Below are positions 44,561 through 46,702 of a stretch of 46,702 nt of DNA, piece by piece. Every line of letters begins with the position of its first letter. Position 1 is the first letter of the stretch. Both the position numbers and the translations under genes were made by a program. Below the pieces are notes generated by a model, which saw only the letters and a program-made list of their open reading frames with translations, searched no databases and was not told the origin of the DNA. The stretch is from Craspedostauros australis (lineage: Eukaryota): the NCBI GenBank assembly GCA_030167865.1, contig JALAGF010002109.1:1-46702 (forward strand), written 5' to 3'.

Positions 44561-46702
44561 TCAGTCGAACTTGGACAAGAAGCCTTTTCGGAATGCAATC
44601 TCCAATGCGAGAGCTGCAGCACCGAACAGCACGGCTGATTCTACCCCATTCACAAAGATCTGAGATAGCATTCCCCAGTCCAGGTACTCCAGTGGCTCGC
44701 CGCCTGTGTTTAGTGGCCAGCATGGAATGATGAAGTGGCGGATTTCAGTTGTCGAGGAGCAATGGGCAGCAAAAGTGGTGGCAAGGTGACAGAGATGGGT
44801 CAGATGCGCTGGATTGGAGAAAGCGGGGCACAAACTCGGATAACTGCCATTGATGACGCTTCATTCCGCACACGTGCAACGCTGTAGCGTGTGTGCACCA
44901 TACTCACAGCTCAATGGCAACGCGGAGCAGGTTGGCGATGTCTGGACATTGGCCAGCGTCCGTGTCAGCACGAATGCGCCGATGACACCTTGGTTGAGCA
45001 TGGGATTGTTATCTCCTTCTCGCACTGCGTATCGATAGACCAAGGCGAACAAGGCAGCTTGGACGGCTGACATGTCCGTTGCGAATTCCCATTGCGGCAA
45101 CCCCCCACTGCCCGTGATGGATAACAGAGCATGGTGAATGAAGATGATCGGCGTGGCCCCCACAGCGCCACCCACTCCCCCGATGGCGGCCGCCTTGGTG
45201 GATTCTATTCGCTGGGCCATATCGAACTGCGAGCCTTCGTTCTTTTGATTTTTCGTGCCTTTTACATCATCCTCGTCGTCACCACCATCATCATTCTTAT
45301 TGTTGTTGTTGTTGTTTCCACCGAAGTTGTTGAAAACGCCGAATCTGTTGCCTTTTCCAGATGCTTCTGTGGATTCGGTTGCTTCCTTGGTGGCAACGCC
45401 ACCGAATGGATTGATGTTCATGAGGAACGTCTCGGCTTGAGCTTGGAATGATTTCATCGGATTCGTGCTCCTCTTGTCACTCGCAGGGCTGGAAGTGCTA
45501 CCAGCCTTGGGTGGGGGTTCGAAAGAGCGCTCGAATCGGTCGCCTTGCCGAGAGGTGACTTCTGCGCCGCTTGCAGTACTGGTAGGTTTGCCACCGGCAT
45601 TGACACCGGCGACGGTATCCACGCCAACGTTTCGAGTTGCTGGCGAGGAGTCAAAATCGAGCTCAAATCGGTGAACTTGCGGGTCGCTAGCTTGAGCGCT
45701 CTGAGCATTGACATCAACGCCAGCATCAACGTCGGCAGTTGAAGCCATGCTTGCAACAGGTTGTTGCTGTTGCTGCTGTTCCTTGTCGATATCGGCCTGC
45801 ACCTGATGGCGCAATTGATCCCGCGACTTGGCGGAATATCCCGGCAGCATGAGTCGCTTGAGGGTGTCCTTGACGGCCGCATAGAAGAGCTTCTTCTCCA
45901 TGAGCTTGGATATGGAGGGATGGTCCTCCGTGAAGATATTATTGAAGTATGACTCCCACTGGCGTTGCTGTGGCGCCATTTCCATCTGGACCTGCTGTCG
46001 CAGTTCATCTTGCGACATGGAAGAGTATCCAGGGATGAGGGCAGTCTTCACAGAGTTCTTGATGTTGGCATAGAAGAGCTTCTTCTCGACCAGCTTGGCC
46101 TTGGTGGCTGGGTCATGCTGTTGCTGCGTATACGATTGCTGATGTTGCTGGCGTTCGGCCGGCGGATCGTTCGCAATGGGAAGAGCCCTGCCTGTCGCAG
46201 GTACGTTCGCTCGTGTCGCTCGTGCTTGCGTTTGTGCCGTGAGCACCGACAATGGCGATTGGTTGGAGAATGCCGCTGTCGCCATCGTGGGATGCATGTT
46301 GGCAATGGATGTCGCATCATCGTCAGAAGTCAGCGTCGGCAAATTGATGGCGCCGGTTCCGAGCTGAAAGATGCTGCCGTCCACAACGAGCGCTGTGGTG
46401 TCGATGACGTCATGAATGAGCTTGTTGAATCGGCCTTGGGCAGTCGAGAGATCGTCCTGTGGGACACCAACTGCGTTGCCGTTGGGTTGTCGCGTGGCTG
46501 ATCTGTAGAGATCTCGCGCACTCCCCAAGGATATCGTGGAACGAACGAGAAAGTCGTTGCTCGTGAGCGCAGCCTGCAGCGGACCCACGTTGCCGCCTCT
46601 GCGCGCGTTGTTGTTGGTGATGTTCCGGATCGTGCGGCGCACTCGTGATGATCTCCCAATGTTGAAACCAAAGTGCGATGCGGGCGGTCTCGGGGTGGAT
46701 CG
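44561..46702 (-). CDS. 5'-truncated membrane protein with a C-terminal domain of a phototroph-conserved uncharacterised family; exons >46702-44908 and 44703-44561
   Basis: Frame open to the window edge. C-terminal 'QRIESTKAAAIGG...AALFALVYRYAVREGDNNPMLNQGVIGAFVLTRTLA' resembles, from recall, a cyanobacterial/plant hypothetical membrane family (ERIESxKA...YRY..R.D.N..L..G.V.AF.L.R.L). Intron 44907-44704 (T|GTGAGT...CACAG|GC) adds 'CGEPLEYLDWGMLSQ...ESAVLFGAAA'. Confidence 0.8.

Overview
Gene-dense eukaryotic nuclear DNA with GT-AG introns, very likely from a diatom. Evidence for this is a bipartite signal plus ASAFAP-type plastid presequence, a DUF6824-type protein, PT-repeat secreted proteins and CAA-rich leaders. 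I can support 15 protein-coding genes: two BTB/POZ proteins, a DUF6824 protein, a 4-exon M6/InhA-type metalloprotease, an AFG1/LACE1 ATPase, a RUS1/DUF647 protein, a Patched/NPC1-like transporter, a 4-exon thylakoid-lumen TPM protein, a PWWP-like/Lys-Ser-rich protein and several uncharacterised secreted, membrane or coiled-coil proteins. There are also two identical tRNA-Gly(GCC) genes in inverted orientation. No CRISPR array, rRNA or recognisable transposon was seen, and I see no clear multi-gene novel system. The most notable items are (1) the ~110-bp inverted tRNA-Gly duplication bracketing RUS1, (2) a BTB protein with an RPA70N-like OB fold apparently inserted inside another domain, (3) an M6 protease carrying three knottin-like modules on PT stalks, and (4) a PWWP-like protein with a silaffin-like (KSx)n tract. 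Exon boundaries were derived by eye and family assignments come from motif recognition, not database searches.
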